A stretch of 56,795 nt of DNA from an uncultured Gammaproteobacteria bacterium (GTDB taxonomy: Bacteria > Patescibacteriota > Microgenomatia > UBA1406 > GWC2-37-13), in assembly GCA_964445135.1 (NCBI GenBank), contig CAYUJW010000002.1, forward strand, positions 1-56,795, in the 5' to 3' direction. Below the pieces are notes generated by a model. That model saw nothing but the letters and a program-made list of their open reading frames with translations, searched no databases and had not been told where the DNA came from. How positions within the stretch are numbered: position 1 is the first letter of the stretch; the number at the start of each line of letters is the position of its first letter. Shown in pieces: positions 43,650-53,437 of the stretch. The position numbers and the translations under genes are program-made.

Positions 43650-45622
43650 GTTGAGGCGAAGGTGGTGATGAGCTGGCGTGCGTGATCCTCTTGAAATTGA
43701 TTGTATTGCGATTTGTACTTTTTCGCAAGCTCTGCAAGCTCCGCTTTATTTTTGGCAATAAGTCCCTGATGGTACTTTTCTTCATCCATAATAATGCGCT
43801 TTAGGTCAGAACTTGCGCCAAGCAATGTCTCCATATGTCGCAAGAACTCAAACACTTCGGCGCTGGTGACAATACGTGCGGTCAGAAGTCCAATTCGATT
43901 GGCGACCATATCGTCCTCTGACTTATTGATGAAAGATTTCAGTATTGGCCAATCCTGTGCGACGCGTTGGAGCTGAAAAATACCTTGTCGGAATGATCGT
44001 CTGGATCTCACCTTTCCATTGAGGATATATCCGTTCGTCCCTTCAAATACGTTGGGGTATTCCAACGCATCCTGTTGCATATCCAGCTCGGCGTCAAAAT
44101 TAAAATACGTATCTTGGGATATTCGATTTAATTTGTGAAGCGTGGTGAGTGAGTGTCGCTCGATGTTTATCAGCTCAATCTGCAAGCTTCGTTTGAATAG
44201 GTCAAGATCTTTGATTGATGCAAGTTTTTGATAGAGCGCTCGTTGCTCATTTGACTTTTCGGCGGTGATTGCTCCAATTATTTTCTGGTCAAAGTTTTTA
44301 AATGATTTGTTGTTAAGCGCCTCTTTCTCCGTTTCCAGACGATAAATTTGCTGATTCAATGTCTGTAGTTGATCAAGCGAATCGGGAATGTGAAGCTTGA
44401 GTGCAAGCAAGATGGGGCGAATTGTTGTTCCATTTATAAGCAATGTAAACAAAAAGGCTGACATGGTAAATACCAACATAAGGTCGCGATAGGCATACGT
44501 TTCAGGGATCGAGTACACAAGTACCAATGGAATGACGCCACGCAAACCTCCCCAGTTCAAGATGTGTTGCCACTTCATGGGAATGTTTGGCTCGTCTGCA
44601 AAAAAGCTCATTTTGTTTGAGATAAATGCGCTCAGATAGACGGACACCGCGCGACCCAAGAGTACCGCTACAATGGCGGCAGCCGCTTCTGGGAGTCGGT
44701 TATTAAAGATGCTCAGATCAAGGTTGTAGGTTGCGAAGAAGAATACCAACGAGACGGCGAGGAAGGCAAAGTATTCCCATGCTTCATGGATAAATTCGTG
44801 AACGTCATGTGAGATTTTTGTCTGACCAAGATTGCCCATAACGATTGCGGCAATGACAGTCGATATGACGCCGGAGAGGCCAAACAGCAGCTCGGACAAA
44901 ACAAACGATCCGATAGCTAAAACGACGGTCAGGGTCATTTCAATGAGTCGGTCGCTTTTGACGCGCTCGATGATATTTGAGAAGATGTACCCGACAAATG
45001 CTCCAAACACCATGCTTCCTATGAATATGTATAGAAAGTTTTGAATTGAAGAAAATACCGTTGGCGTATCACCCCCTGTGGCTCCAATAACAAATATCGC
45101 AATGATTCGATATGCAATAACACCCGTTGCATCATTTAACATACTCTCACCATCTGCGAGTAATCCGAGTCGCTTTGGAGCACCAAGCGATTTAAAGAGG
45201 GTGATTACCGCAATAGGATCGGTTGATGAGATGATTGCACCAAACAAAAGCGCCTCTCCCCAGCCTAGACCTAATGCATAGACCAAGACTGCCGCCACGG
45301 TCCCCACCGAAACCATGAGGCCGAATGTAGCCATAAAGGTGATCGTCTTAAACTGAAGCTTAAACTGGTGAATATTGATATGCATTCCCGATTCAAACAG
45401 CAAGAGTGGGAGCAGAAGATGGTAGATGACGCTGTGGGAAATCTCAAAGTGAAGTCCAAGCTCAAATGTATGATCGACCCATTGGAGAAAAAATCCAGCG
45501 ACCAACAGTGCTACGGTATAGGGCAATACTGAGTATTTTTTTGATGCAACCTGCAATACAGATGAAAACAACAGGAAGACGAGTGTGACAAGAAGCGTTA
45601 GTACGACAGTATCAGCATGCAT
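43637..45622 (-). CDS. CPA1-family Na+/H+ (cation/proton) antiporter with a long C-terminal cytoplasmic domain
   Basis: About 12 TM helices and the SSTDPIAVITLF signature (ATDPVAV-like). Trimmed to MHADTVV (ATG at 45622) because the track N-terminus reads through tRNA-Leu. Confidence 0.85.
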   Translation of the reverse strand: MHADTVVLTLLVTLVFLLFSSVLQVASKKYSVLPYTVALLVAGFFLQWVDHTFELGLHFEISHSVIYHLLLPLLLFESGMHINIHQFKLQFKTITFMATFGLMVSVGTVAAVLVYALGLGWGEALLFGAIISSTDPIAVITLFKSLGAPKRLGLLADGESMLNDATGVIAYRIIAIFVIGATGGDTPTVFSSIQNFLYIFIGSMVFGAFVGYIFSNIIERVKSDRLIEMTLTVVLAIGSFVLSELLFGLSGVISTVIAAIVMGNLGQTKISHDVHEFIHEAWEYFAFLAVSLVFFFATYNLDLSIFNNRLPEAAAAIVAVLLGRAVSVYLSAFISNKMSFFADEPNIPMKWQHILNWGGLRGVIPLVLVYSIPETYAYRDLMLVFTMSAFLFTLLINGTTIRPILLALKLHIPDSLDQLQTLNQQIYRLETEKEALNNKSFKNFDQKIIGAITAEKSNEQRALYQKLASIKDLDLFKRSLQIELINIERHSLTTLHKLNRISQDTYFNFDAELDMQQDALEYPNVFEGTNGYILNGKVRSRRSFRQGIFQLQRVAQDWPILKSFINKSEDDMVANRIGLLTARIVTSAEVFEFLRHMETLLGASSDLKRIIMDEEKYHQGLIAKNKAELAELAKKYKSQYNQFQEDHARQLITTFASTHAS

Positions 45623-45778
45623 TGGTTGGTATGTTGGTTCCCTCTTTTCATGCAGTCTATCACCGCATAAATAAATGGGGAAAAGATTATTGTAATCCTC
45701 AGGTTGTAAATATTCAATACCAGCACTTTGCCGTATGTCCGGAGAGAGACGTCTTACTGTGAAGCGTAAAAATATGTG

Positions 45779-45862
45779 TGCCGATGAAGGGACTTGAACC
45801 CCCACACTCTTGCGAGTACTAGTTCCTAAAACTAGCGCGTCTGCCAGTTCCGCCACATCGGC
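45779..45862 (-). tRNA. tRNA-Leu (anticodon TAG), long variable arm, CCA not encoded
   Basis: Hand fold of the reverse complement: acceptor GCCGATG/CATCGGC, anticodon stem CTAGT/ACTAG with loop TTTAGGA, variable arm TACTCGCAAGAGTGT, T loop TTCAAGT. Confidence 0.9.
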
Positions 45863-45977
45863 TTAAACAGCAGCGCATTCAATCCCCCATGCTTTGCTGT
45901 GCAGACAGTCATTATACCATGCACCACGCTCGCATATTCGCGAGAATGCTCATTATATGTATATATACAGGTCGGGA

Positions 45978-46439
45978 TTATTTGTACTCTTTGCGCACCT
46001 GGAAGAGGATATACCATGAAATGAGTAGGCTCAAAAGTGCCCCAAACATGCTTTGGTAAAATATTCCGTACACAAGGGTGACCAGCGTGCTATAAAACAC
46101 CAAGTTCCAGCCCATTTTTTCTCGCTTCAAAAGACGAGGAATAGCAAATGCTTGAATGACCAGGGTGATCAGGGAAAATATGGTTGCAAGCCAATATTGA
46201 CCGATGTTCACGCTTCCCATCCATGCAAATGGGGTAACGAGTGATCCTAATCCCACAGCGCCGAGGATTGTTGGAATGCTGACGATTACGCCAACAAGCA
46301 TAAACCATGGCATGACGGTCACGATGAAGTTCACCACTCCGTCAGGGAGCTGAAATGGGGCCTTTTTGGTAAAGTATGGCGCCACTGTGTCTTCCAGCTG
46401 ACCCAGTGAGTCGGTTAGTGAATTTGTTGAATGCTTCAT
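45978..46439 (-). CDS. hypothetical 4-TM membrane protein
   Basis: Four clear hydrophobic helices. No motif recognised. Confidence 0.55.
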   Translation of the reverse strand: MKHSTNSLTDSLGQLEDTVAPYFTKKAPFQLPDGVVNFIVTVMPWFMLVGVIVSIPTILGAVGLGSLVTPFAWMGSVNIGQYWLATIFSLITLVIQAFAIPRLLKREKMGWNLVFYSTLVTLVYGIFYQSMFGALLSLLISWYILFQVRKEYK

Positions 46440-46551
46440 GAATATAGGTATATCCCATTTGTCCTATTATGTCAATACATCTGCGACAATTTGCTCCCAC
46501 GAATGCCCACTCCTTGTTATTTGTTTAAACGTCGTTTAATATGAATTGTGT

Positions 46552-47520
46552 ATGCAATTGCACGAAGCGATACTCAGATTTCTTGAATACTGCGAGCTTG
46601 ATAAGAACCTTTCTCCAAAGACGGTAAAGATGTACAGTTATTACCTGCATTTTTTCCAAACGTGGATCACCAAGTCCAAAACCGCACCAGCAGCAGATGG
46701 TGAAGAGGCGGTGCGCGCAACGGTCAAGGTTGAAGAAATAGATGAGGAGGATGTGCGACAATTTCGTCTCTACCTGTCTCATCGGTATAAAAATCCTGTC
46801 AAAGGTGAGCTAAAGCGTCAAACACAAAACTATTTCCTCATTGCCCTGCGTTCGTTGTTTCGATTTATGGTAAAGCAAAAATTGTCAGTTCTGGCGCCTG
46901 AGGTTATTGAGCTTGGAAAGACGCGCGATCGAGTGATTAAGCACTTGGAGCCGACACAGCTTGAGGAGCTTTTCAAGAGCGTCTCAACGCGCACAGAACG
47001 TGGAGTGCGCGATCGAACTATTTTGGAAGTGCTTTTTTCAACGGGACTGCGTGTATCTGAATTGACCGCTTTGAGTCGAGATCAGGTGAGCGTGGCAAAT
47101 GGTGAGTTTGGAGTTGTTGGAAAAGGTGGAAAGGCACGCGTTGTCTTTCTCACCAAATCGGCAAAAGAATGGCTGAAAAAATACATGGAGATGAGAACCG
47201 ACCCCTACTCCCCTCTTTTTATCAGGTATCGTGGACCCAAGCCGCCTGAAGGGTTGACGAATGAAAAACTCCGTCTTTCCGTGCGATCTGTAGAGCGGCT
47301 GGTTGACAAGTATCGTAAAAAAGCAGGCATCTTGTTTCGCATCGGCCCCCACGTACTTCGTCATTCATATGCGACCGATTTGCTGACGCATGGGGCAGAC
47401 CTGCGCTCGGTACAGGAGATGTTGGGACACAAAAATATCGCAACAACTCAGATATACACCCATGTAACAAATTTTAGACTGCGCGAAATTCATGAGAAAT
47501 TTCACAGTGGGAATAAATGA
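46552..47520 (+). CDS. XerC/XerD-type tyrosine site-specific recombinase
   Basis: N-terminal SAM-like domain (FLEYCELDKNLSPKTVKMY), RDRTILEVLFSTGLRVSEL, HVLRHSYATDLL, LGHKNIATTQIYTHV (catalytic Tyr). Trimmed to the ATG at 46552. Confidence 0.85.
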   Translation: MQLHEAILRFLEYCELDKNLSPKTVKMYSYYLHFFQTWITKSKTAPAADGEEAVRATVKVEEIDEEDVRQFRLYLSHRYKNPVKGELKRQTQNYFLIALRSLFRFMVKQKLSVLAPEVIELGKTRDRVIKHLEPTQLEELFKSVSTRTERGVRDRTILEVLFSTGLRVSELTALSRDQVSVANGEFGVVGKGGKARVVFLTKSAKEWLKKYMEMRTDPYSPLFIRYRGPKPPEGLTNEKLRLSVRSVERLVDKYRKKAGILFRIGPHVLRHSYATDLLTHGADLRSVQEMLGHKNIATTQIYTHVTNFRLREIHEKFHSGNK

Positions 47521-47541
47521 TGGTGAGGAGATAATTAATGA

Positions 47542-47580
47542 GTTTTTAGTTTTTAGTTTTTAGTTTTAAGGTTTTAAAGT
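47542..47580. repeat. heptamer tandem repeat (GTTTTTA)x3 and degenerate copies
   Basis: gttttta gttttta gttttta gttttaa ggtttta. A related 21-mer gtttttagttttgaggtttga lies at 51600-51620. Confidence 0.8.
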
Positions 47581-47681
47581 TGCAAGGCATGGAGTTAAAG
47601 AAGGTCAGAATTATTATGTTTCAAATTCTGTATCTCGTGCAAAGAAACGTAATCACAGATACAATCTTTTGACCAATTTTC

Positions 47682-49343
47682 ATGAAATCATTTTTTACAC
47701 GATCGACCGTGTGGTTGCTCATTCTTCTATTTGCCGGTTACTTTGGAGTATATAATGTACTTCGATATCAGACACTTCACTCAGCATATTTTGATTTGGG
47801 GATCATGCATCAGACGGTATACAACACATACCGCGCACTAATAACTGGTGAATATGGTCGTATTTTGGAGCTGACTGATCCTCATGGCTCAGTCAATTTT
47901 ATGCGAGCTGCCGTCCACGTTGACTTGGTGATGGCACTTTTTGCTGGGCTTTACTTCATCAACCCATCTCCTGCCACATTGGTTGTGGCACAAGCCGTAA
48001 TTGTGGCGCTTGGCGCCTTGGCTGTCTACAAAATTGCACTGCATTTGTTTGAGCAATATCGCATGAAATACTGGTTGGGTACAACGTTTGCTTTTCTCTA
48101 TCTGATGCATCCGGCGTTGCAGTTTATGACGATCTATGACTTTCACGCCGTGTCAATCGGCACGACCACACTGCTGTTTTTTATTCTGTATTTATTCAAA
48201 AAACGCTACGCGCTGGCAAGCATGTATTTTGTGCTCACCATCCTCAGTAAGGAGCAGGTGGCGCTCACTACCGCGACGTGGGCACTCTATGTAGGATATG
48301 AGGCGCTCACTCGATCGGTTGGTTCGCCGCGCGCACTTCTTTCACATCCAAAAAAACTATTTAAAGCGCTTCTTCGACCCTCGCTTCGCTTCCCCTTATT
48401 TTTTGCGGTCGCAAGTGTGGTTTGGTTTATTTTGGCAGTATTTGTCATCACTCCTTACTATCGAGGCGAAGGACATTTTGCACTTGAGCGCTACGGAAGT
48501 TTTGGCAGTTCGCCCGGCGGGATATTGATTGGAATATTTGTGCGTCCAATGACTATTATTCAAATGCTCGTTGACGCAGAAACCTTACGCTACGTCTTGT
48601 ATTTATTTGGTCCCTATGCATTCCTTCCTTTGTTGAGTCCGCTGACGCTGCTTGTTATGGCTCCTGAGTTTGCAATAAATATGCTTTCCAACAATCCAGC
48701 AATGCGTGGCATCCAGCACCACTACACTGCAATCCTTCATCCGACGTTGATTGTTGGAGCGATGCTTGGTGCGCGACGTCTGCTGGGGTATTTAAGTGAT
48801 GCGATTATCCCCTATCATTTGGCACACACCAAGCACCATCACAATCAGTTCACGCCACTGAAACACGTACACCAAGCTCGCCGAAATACGATATTGAGTA
48901 ATCGCCTCATTCGGGCAATGGGAGTGCTTATTGCAACAATCGTTTGCGTGTTTTTCTCCGCGTGGATTGGTCCGCTCCCCTATTCAATGAATGCAAAAAC
49001 TGAAGCGTTTGAGACTCCAACTGGCCCGCGACAAAAAGTATATGAGTGGCAGTACAAATTGAAAGATGAAAATGTGCGCGTTTCAACGACTACCTCGATT
49101 GCGCCATTTTTCAGTGGGCGTCGATATTACTATTATTTTTCACCCCGTTATGATGATGCAGATTATATTGTTATCATGCCAAGCAACATCACAAAACATG
49201 AGTACGATCCATCTGATTTGGTAACTCCTTACAATGCGCTGAAGAAAGACGCTCGTTTTATGATTATTGATCAGGGTGAAGACTTCGAAGTCTATAAGAA
49301 AAATGCCGCACCACCGCTTGAATATTTACCGCCTGTGCAATAA
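47682..49343 (+). CDS. large polytopic membrane protein, DUF2079-like (putative membrane glycosyltransferase-type)
   Basis: YFDLGIMHQTVYNT near the N-terminus, more than 10 TM helices, and a C-terminal soluble domain. Recognition from memory of DUF2079. Confidence 0.55.
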   Translation: MKSFFTRSTVWLLILLFAGYFGVYNVLRYQTLHSAYFDLGIMHQTVYNTYRALITGEYGRILELTDPHGSVNFMRAAVHVDLVMALFAGLYFINPSPATLVVAQAVIVALGALAVYKIALHLFEQYRMKYWLGTTFAFLYLMHPALQFMTIYDFHAVSIGTTTLLFFILYLFKKRYALASMYFVLTILSKEQVALTTATWALYVGYEALTRSVGSPRALLSHPKKLFKALLRPSLRFPLFFAVASVVWFILAVFVITPYYRGEGHFALERYGSFGSSPGGILIGIFVRPMTIIQMLVDAETLRYVLYLFGPYAFLPLLSPLTLLVMAPEFAINMLSNNPAMRGIQHHYTAILHPTLIVGAMLGARRLLGYLSDAIIPYHLAHTKHHHNQFTPLKHVHQARRNTILSNRLIRAMGVLIATIVCVFFSAWIGPLPYSMNAKTEAFETPTGPRQKVYEWQYKLKDENVRVSTTTSIAPFFSGRRYYYYFSPRYDDADYIVIMPSNITKHEYDPSDLVTPYNALKKDARFMIIDQGEDFEVYKKNAAPPLEYLPPVQ

Positions 49344-49371
49344 CAATGTGGCAGCCCAACTACAAAAATCC

Positions 49372-50340
49372 ATGCAAAAAATCCACTCATCGGCTACTCA
49401 ACTTGCTGCGCGCCACTACAAGATCCTTCCTATACTTGCGCTTCTTTTGACGAATATTATCTGGGGAGCTGCGGCCCCAATTTTTAAATGGGCACTATTG
49501 GATATGCCGCCGTTTACCTTCGCATTTATTCGCTTTGCAATAGCCGGTGGAATACTGTTCCCCTATCTGTTTACGAAGCCCATTCATTTGAGTATGCGGC
49601 AAATGTCGCTGCTTTGTTTTGGCGCATTTATTGGGTTTACGGTTCGTATCAGTATGGTGTATTTGGGACTGCAGCGTTTAAGCAGTATGAACTGGTCGCT
49701 TATTGCATCAATTGGCCCCGTTATGATGTTTTTCGTCTCAATACTGTTTCTGAAAGAGCGTTTTCATGCGCGAAAACTGATTGGTATGTCTCTTGCACTC
49801 ATGGGCGCAGTCGTTGTTATTGTGGGGCCACTTTTGTCAACTGAGGCAGTCGCGGCCACCGCATCGGAGCTTGAAGGGGTGGCGTATGTCGTCATCATGA
49901 TGATTTGCACCGTTATTTACACCCTCCTCCATCGACGAATAAGCGCACATATTGAGCCCATACAATTGATTGCGCTTTCGTTTGTATTTGCAGCAGTAAC
50001 ATTCTTCCCGCTTGCCTTATTTGAGTGGCAAACATACAGTATCACCAGTCTCACATTGCCCGCAGCCATCGGTTTATTTTATGCGGTCGTGTTTGCATCG
50101 CTTATCGCCTACTACTGCTATATCTACGGAATTACACACATTGACGCTCAAGAGATTGGAATCTTTTCTTATGTTGATCCGCTTGCGGCATTTATCGTCG
50201 CCATGCCGCTGCTTCATGAGCAGCCAAGTATATGGACGGGCCTGGGTGCCCTGATTATATTTGGCGGTATCTATCTTTCCGAACGACGTCTTCACATGCG
50301 AGTCAAACGCGAACACCATTCAATTCACCACAGAATGTAG
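49372..50340 (+). CDS. EamA/DMT-superfamily transporter
   Basis: Two 5-TM EamA-like halves (LLTNIIWGAAAPIFKWAL... and ...GALIIFGGIYL). Trimmed to the ATG at 49372. Confidence 0.8.
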   Translation: MQKIHSSATQLAARHYKILPILALLLTNIIWGAAAPIFKWALLDMPPFTFAFIRFAIAGGILFPYLFTKPIHLSMRQMSLLCFGAFIGFTVRISMVYLGLQRLSSMNWSLIASIGPVMMFFVSILFLKERFHARKLIGMSLALMGAVVVIVGPLLSTEAVAATASELEGVAYVVIMMICTVIYTLLHRRISAHIEPIQLIALSFVFAAVTFFPLALFEWQTYSITSLTLPAAIGLFYAVVFASLIAYYCYIYGITHIDAQEIGIFSYVDPLAAFIVAMPLLHEQPSIWTGLGALIIFGGIYLSERRLHMRVKREHHSIHHRM

Positions 50341-50415
50341 GAAGCGGTGAATGGTTTGTAGTATGTAAGTTGCGAAGTTCGTGAATGGTGAAGCTGTATT
50401 TAATGCTCGTTGCTA

Positions 50416-50570
50416 CCCGTTTGGCGGTACTTTTTCGACTTGGCGAATACACCCATACATGGTCGCCACAGAGAAAAATACGCCAAACAAAAATATGGCT
50501 TGGCGGACTGTGATTTTGCACGTGGCGAGGGAGGCGCTGGATTCCCGCTTTCGCGGGAATGACAAAAAAG
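50416..50570. repeat. copy 2 of the ~155-bp dispersed element
   Basis: See copy 1. The palindrome core is at 50539-50563. It lies between the EamA and GT2 genes. Confidence 0.85.
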
Positions 50571-50641
50571 GGTGGCGGGAATGGCAAATTCCTTACCATT
50601 TACCACTTTACTATTTACCGCTTACGATTGGCAAGAATTCT

Positions 50642-51550
50642 CTACCCTTCACTCTTTCGTTTTGGCTGGTTATGAAGATAGACAATAAGTTCGGCGATAA
50701 TGCCGGTCATGATGATTTGAAGTCCGACGATGCTTAAAAAGATACCTGCCAACAACATTGGACGCTTATAAAGCTCAACTCCCATAAAAATTCGCTCCAC
50801 CGTCAAAACGAAGGTAATGATTGTGCCAATCGTAAATGTCACTCCTCCAATTGGACCAAAAAAATGCAGAGGTTTTTGGGCAAACCGAGTAATAAAGTAC
50901 GTGGTGATCGTATCAAAAAATCCATACATCATGCGGAAAAATCCGTATTTTGAAACGCCAAATTCTCGCGGATGGTGGACGACTGGCACTTCGCTTACTC
51001 GAAACCCAAGTCGATGTGCGATAACGGGGACAAATCGGTAATTGTCTCCATAAAATTGAATATGTCCCAACACTTCCCGTCGCATCGCTTTAAATCCACA
51101 GTTGATATCATGAAAAGGAGATCGCAATAATCCCTTCAAAAGGATGGCGTTAAATATCTTGGAGGGCAAGGTTTTATTCAGAGGGTCGTTGCGTTGTTCG
51201 CGCCAGCCATTTACCAAATCATACCCCTCATCCATCTTTGCTAAAAATCGAGGAATGTCGTATGGATCATCTTGCAAATCAGCATCCATGAAAATAATGA
51301 TGTCTCCGCGTGCCGCTTCAAAGCCGACCTCAAGCGCTCGTCCTTTTCCATTTCGTCTTTTTTGCACGATGAGTGTCATGTTTTTTTCTTCCAAGCTCTT
51401 TGAAGATTCGTCAGTTGACCCATCATCTATTGCGATAAGCTCATAGCTCACCTGGAGTTTTTCAAACACCTCATGAAGTTGTTTTTGAAGTGTGGGAAGC
51501 GTCTCGACTTCGTTGTGAAACGGGACAAGGACTGAAACAAGCGGTTTCAT
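50642..51550 (-). CDS. family-2 glycosyltransferase, polyprenyl-phosphate sugar synthase type (GtrB/ArnC/DPM1-like)
   Basis: VSVLVPFHNE, IAIDDGSTD, IIIFMDADLQDDP, and two C-terminal TM helices. Confidence 0.85.
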   Translation of the reverse strand: MKPLVSVLVPFHNEVETLPTLQKQLHEVFEKLQVSYELIAIDDGSTDESSKSLEEKNMTLIVQKRRNGKGRALEVGFEAARGDIIIFMDADLQDDPYDIPRFLAKMDEGYDLVNGWREQRNDPLNKTLPSKIFNAILLKGLLRSPFHDINCGFKAMRREVLGHIQFYGDNYRFVPVIAHRLGFRVSEVPVVHHPREFGVSKYGFFRMMYGFFDTITTYFITRFAQKPLHFFGPIGGVTFTIGTIITFVLTVERIFMGVELYKRPMLLAGIFLSIVGLQIIMTGIIAELIVYLHNQPKRKSEG

Positions 51551-51637
51551 AATTACTGGTAAGTATACAAAACTTTATCTGGCAATGCTCATGGATCTTG
51601 TTTTTAGTTTTGAGGTTTGATACTATGAAAAAGTCCT

Positions 51638-51970
51638 ATGGGAATGATACTGAATTTACTACTGAGCACGCTTGCGGTCATGATGGCTTCATACCTTTTG
51701 CCAGGTGTACAGGTTGCTAGTTTCTTTCAGGCGGTATTGGTGGCGGTGGTATTGGGTATCGTAAATACCGTCATCAAGCCCTTGCTGACTATCCTGACGC
51801 TCCCACTTACCCTGCTTACTCTTGGATTATTTTCGCTGGTGATAAACGGTCTTATGGTGATGCTTGTTGACAATGTATTACCGGGATTTTCAGTCGAAGG
51901 ATTTTTTAATGCGATCATCTTTAGTCTCGTTCTTTCGCTTCTTTCCACATTCTTTAGTCTCCTTAAATAA
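51638..51970 (+). CDS. small 4-TM membrane protein, DUF360 / phage-holin-4_2 family
   Basis: LLSTLAVMMASYLLPGVQV.SF..A...AVVLGIVNTVIKPLL.ILTLPLTLLTLGLF matches the YvlD/DUF360 pattern. Confidence 0.7.
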   Translation: MGMILNLLLSTLAVMMASYLLPGVQVASFFQAVLVAVVLGIVNTVIKPLLTILTLPLTLLTLGLFSLVINGLMVMLVDNVLPGFSVEGFFNAIIFSLVLSLLSTFFSLLK

Positions 51971-52011
51971 CGAGCTCTACAAGCCAGTGCTAGAGATCCT
52001 ACATGTCGTGC

Positions 52012-53394
52012 TTACTGGGTGATTGCGGGGATGGCAAGTGCTGCCGGCTTTGGGGAATTGTCGCTTCGCACTACTCCATAATTGAGTTCGGTATTGAGCT
52101 TGCCGGTTGCTCCGTCGCGGTGCGAATACCAGAAAAACGGTCCTGCCCATGGATAAGTTTTCCACAGAGTGTATGCCTCAACAAGCATGGTTTTCTGCTG
52201 CTCTTCGGTGACACATCGATCTTCATCGCCAGTTGTTGCGCCATCGCCATTATCACATTTTGATTTGCCATCGCCATTTGTGTCTCCGCCTGTTGGTGCC
52301 CCCATCTCGGTTTGCCATATTTGCTTTGCTCCATCGCCGTTCTTTTCCATGATTCCCCGAATGCTGTCGGGTTGACCATTTTGCGCATATGCTTTAGACA
52401 TCTGCTGCCAAACATTGTTGCGATTATCTTGCGATGGCATGGCAGGATAGGTATATGGATGCATGCCAAGCGCATCAAAGTGGCCTTTTGCACCAGCTGC
52501 ATACATAGATTTCAGATAGTTAAGAGGCGCATTTGCACCCAACATATAACAACACAGCCCACCTGTTACAATAATCGTATCGGGATCTGCTGCTTTTGCT
52601 TGAGCGTAGGCTGCTTTGAGATATTTGACGTAAATACGCGCATCAGGTTGTGGTCTCCAAAAATCAGCTAAATTTGGTTCATTCCATATTTCCCACGCAT
52701 CAATGCGCGGAGAGCCCGGCGCATCATTTATACCGTCTGCATCAAAACGCTCAACGAGCATTCCAACATATTCGCCAAAGTCTGCCGCAAATTCTTCCCT
52801 GGGTCCGCACATTGTGCCATATTTGGCAAAGCAACCAGGATCAGCTACCCATTTTGGAGTATAGTCTGGCATCCCGAGCACCTTAAATCCTCGATTGTTT
52901 GCTTCTTTAATTAGATTATCCTGAGAATGTGCATAGGTATGCTTCCCCTGTACTGGCGGATTTGGCTCGTGTTTATACCACGTAAATTCAATTCTCAGCG
53001 CTTTTGCTCCCCATTTTTTCATGTCATCCATTTGTTCAAGCGACGATGAGCTGAATCCAAATAGCTGACCATACGACTTGACGCTGTCAGTTGCGCCTTG
53101 TGCGCTTGCAGTGTTGATCTGATTGTATGCGCTTCGCCACGTAACAAAATCATTGAGCTTCACGTGACCATCTTGATTGGTGTCCCCAATGACGCATGTT
53201 GAACCAGCAGCTGGCGTACGAACGCCCTGATTATAGGCATTTCGCCACGTGGTATAGTCGTCTGAAGTGATATGGTTATCGTGGTTTGCATCCCCCATTG
53301 TGCATGTTGCGGCAGCGCGAGACTCGGCAATGTGAGGCGTGGCAATGAGTCCCATCAGGCAAAACATTACTACGTAGTGTTTGAGTCGTTTCAT
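52012..53394 (-). CDS. secreted clan GH-A glycoside hydrolase (GH5-like) with two N-terminal dockerin-type Ca-binding repeats
   Basis: Signal peptide MKRLKHYVVMFCLMGL. Repeats GDANHDNHITSDDYTTWRNAY and GDTNQDGHVKLNDFVTWRSAY. AWEIWNEPN (acid/base Glu) and IWQTEMG (nucleophile Glu). Trimmed to the ATG at 53394. Confidence 0.7.
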   Translation of the reverse strand: MKRLKHYVVMFCLMGLIATPHIAESRAAATCTMGDANHDNHITSDDYTTWRNAYNQGVRTPAAGSTCVIGDTNQDGHVKLNDFVTWRSAYNQINTASAQGATDSVKSYGQLFGFSSSSLEQMDDMKKWGAKALRIEFTWYKHEPNPPVQGKHTYAHSQDNLIKEANNRGFKVLGMPDYTPKWVADPGCFAKYGTMCGPREEFAADFGEYVGMLVERFDADGINDAPGSPRIDAWEIWNEPNLADFWRPQPDARIYVKYLKAAYAQAKAADPDTIIVTGGLCCYMLGANAPLNYLKSMYAAGAKGHFDALGMHPYTYPAMPSQDNRNNVWQQMSKAYAQNGQPDSIRGIMEKNGDGAKQIWQTEMGAPTGGDTNGDGKSKCDNGDGATTGDEDRCVTEEQQKTMLVEAYTLWKTYPWAGPFFWYSHRDGATGKLNTELNYGVVRSDNSPKPAALAIPAITQ

Positions 53395-53437
53395 ATGTGC
53401 ATATTCATCCAACCCTCCCCCCGAGTTGTATGACAAA

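Noticed and set aside
45623-45856. N-terminal 78 aa of the 739-aa track ORF (43637..45856)
   Set aside because: This part of the ORF reads straight through the tRNA-Leu gene (45779-45862, same strand); MAELADALVLGTS is translated tRNA. The hydrophobic antiporter sequence begins at the Met encoded at 45622, so I trimmed the CDS there.
45779-47520. tRNA-Leu plus tyrosine recombinase as a classic integrated island or prophage
   Set aside because: The recombinase lies on the 5' side of the tRNA rather than beyond its 3' end. I could not find a duplicated tRNA 3' segment (att) in the window. The flanking genes (antiporter, membrane protein, DUF2079) look like ordinary chromosome. The protein resembles chromosomal XerC/D more than phage integrases. 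Still, the full genome should be checked for a second Xer.
51638-51970. Holin gene as evidence of a prophage
   Set aside because: The family name (phage holin 4_2/DUF360) is historical. The gene sits alone among envelope-glycan genes, with no endolysin, capsid or terminase genes nearby.
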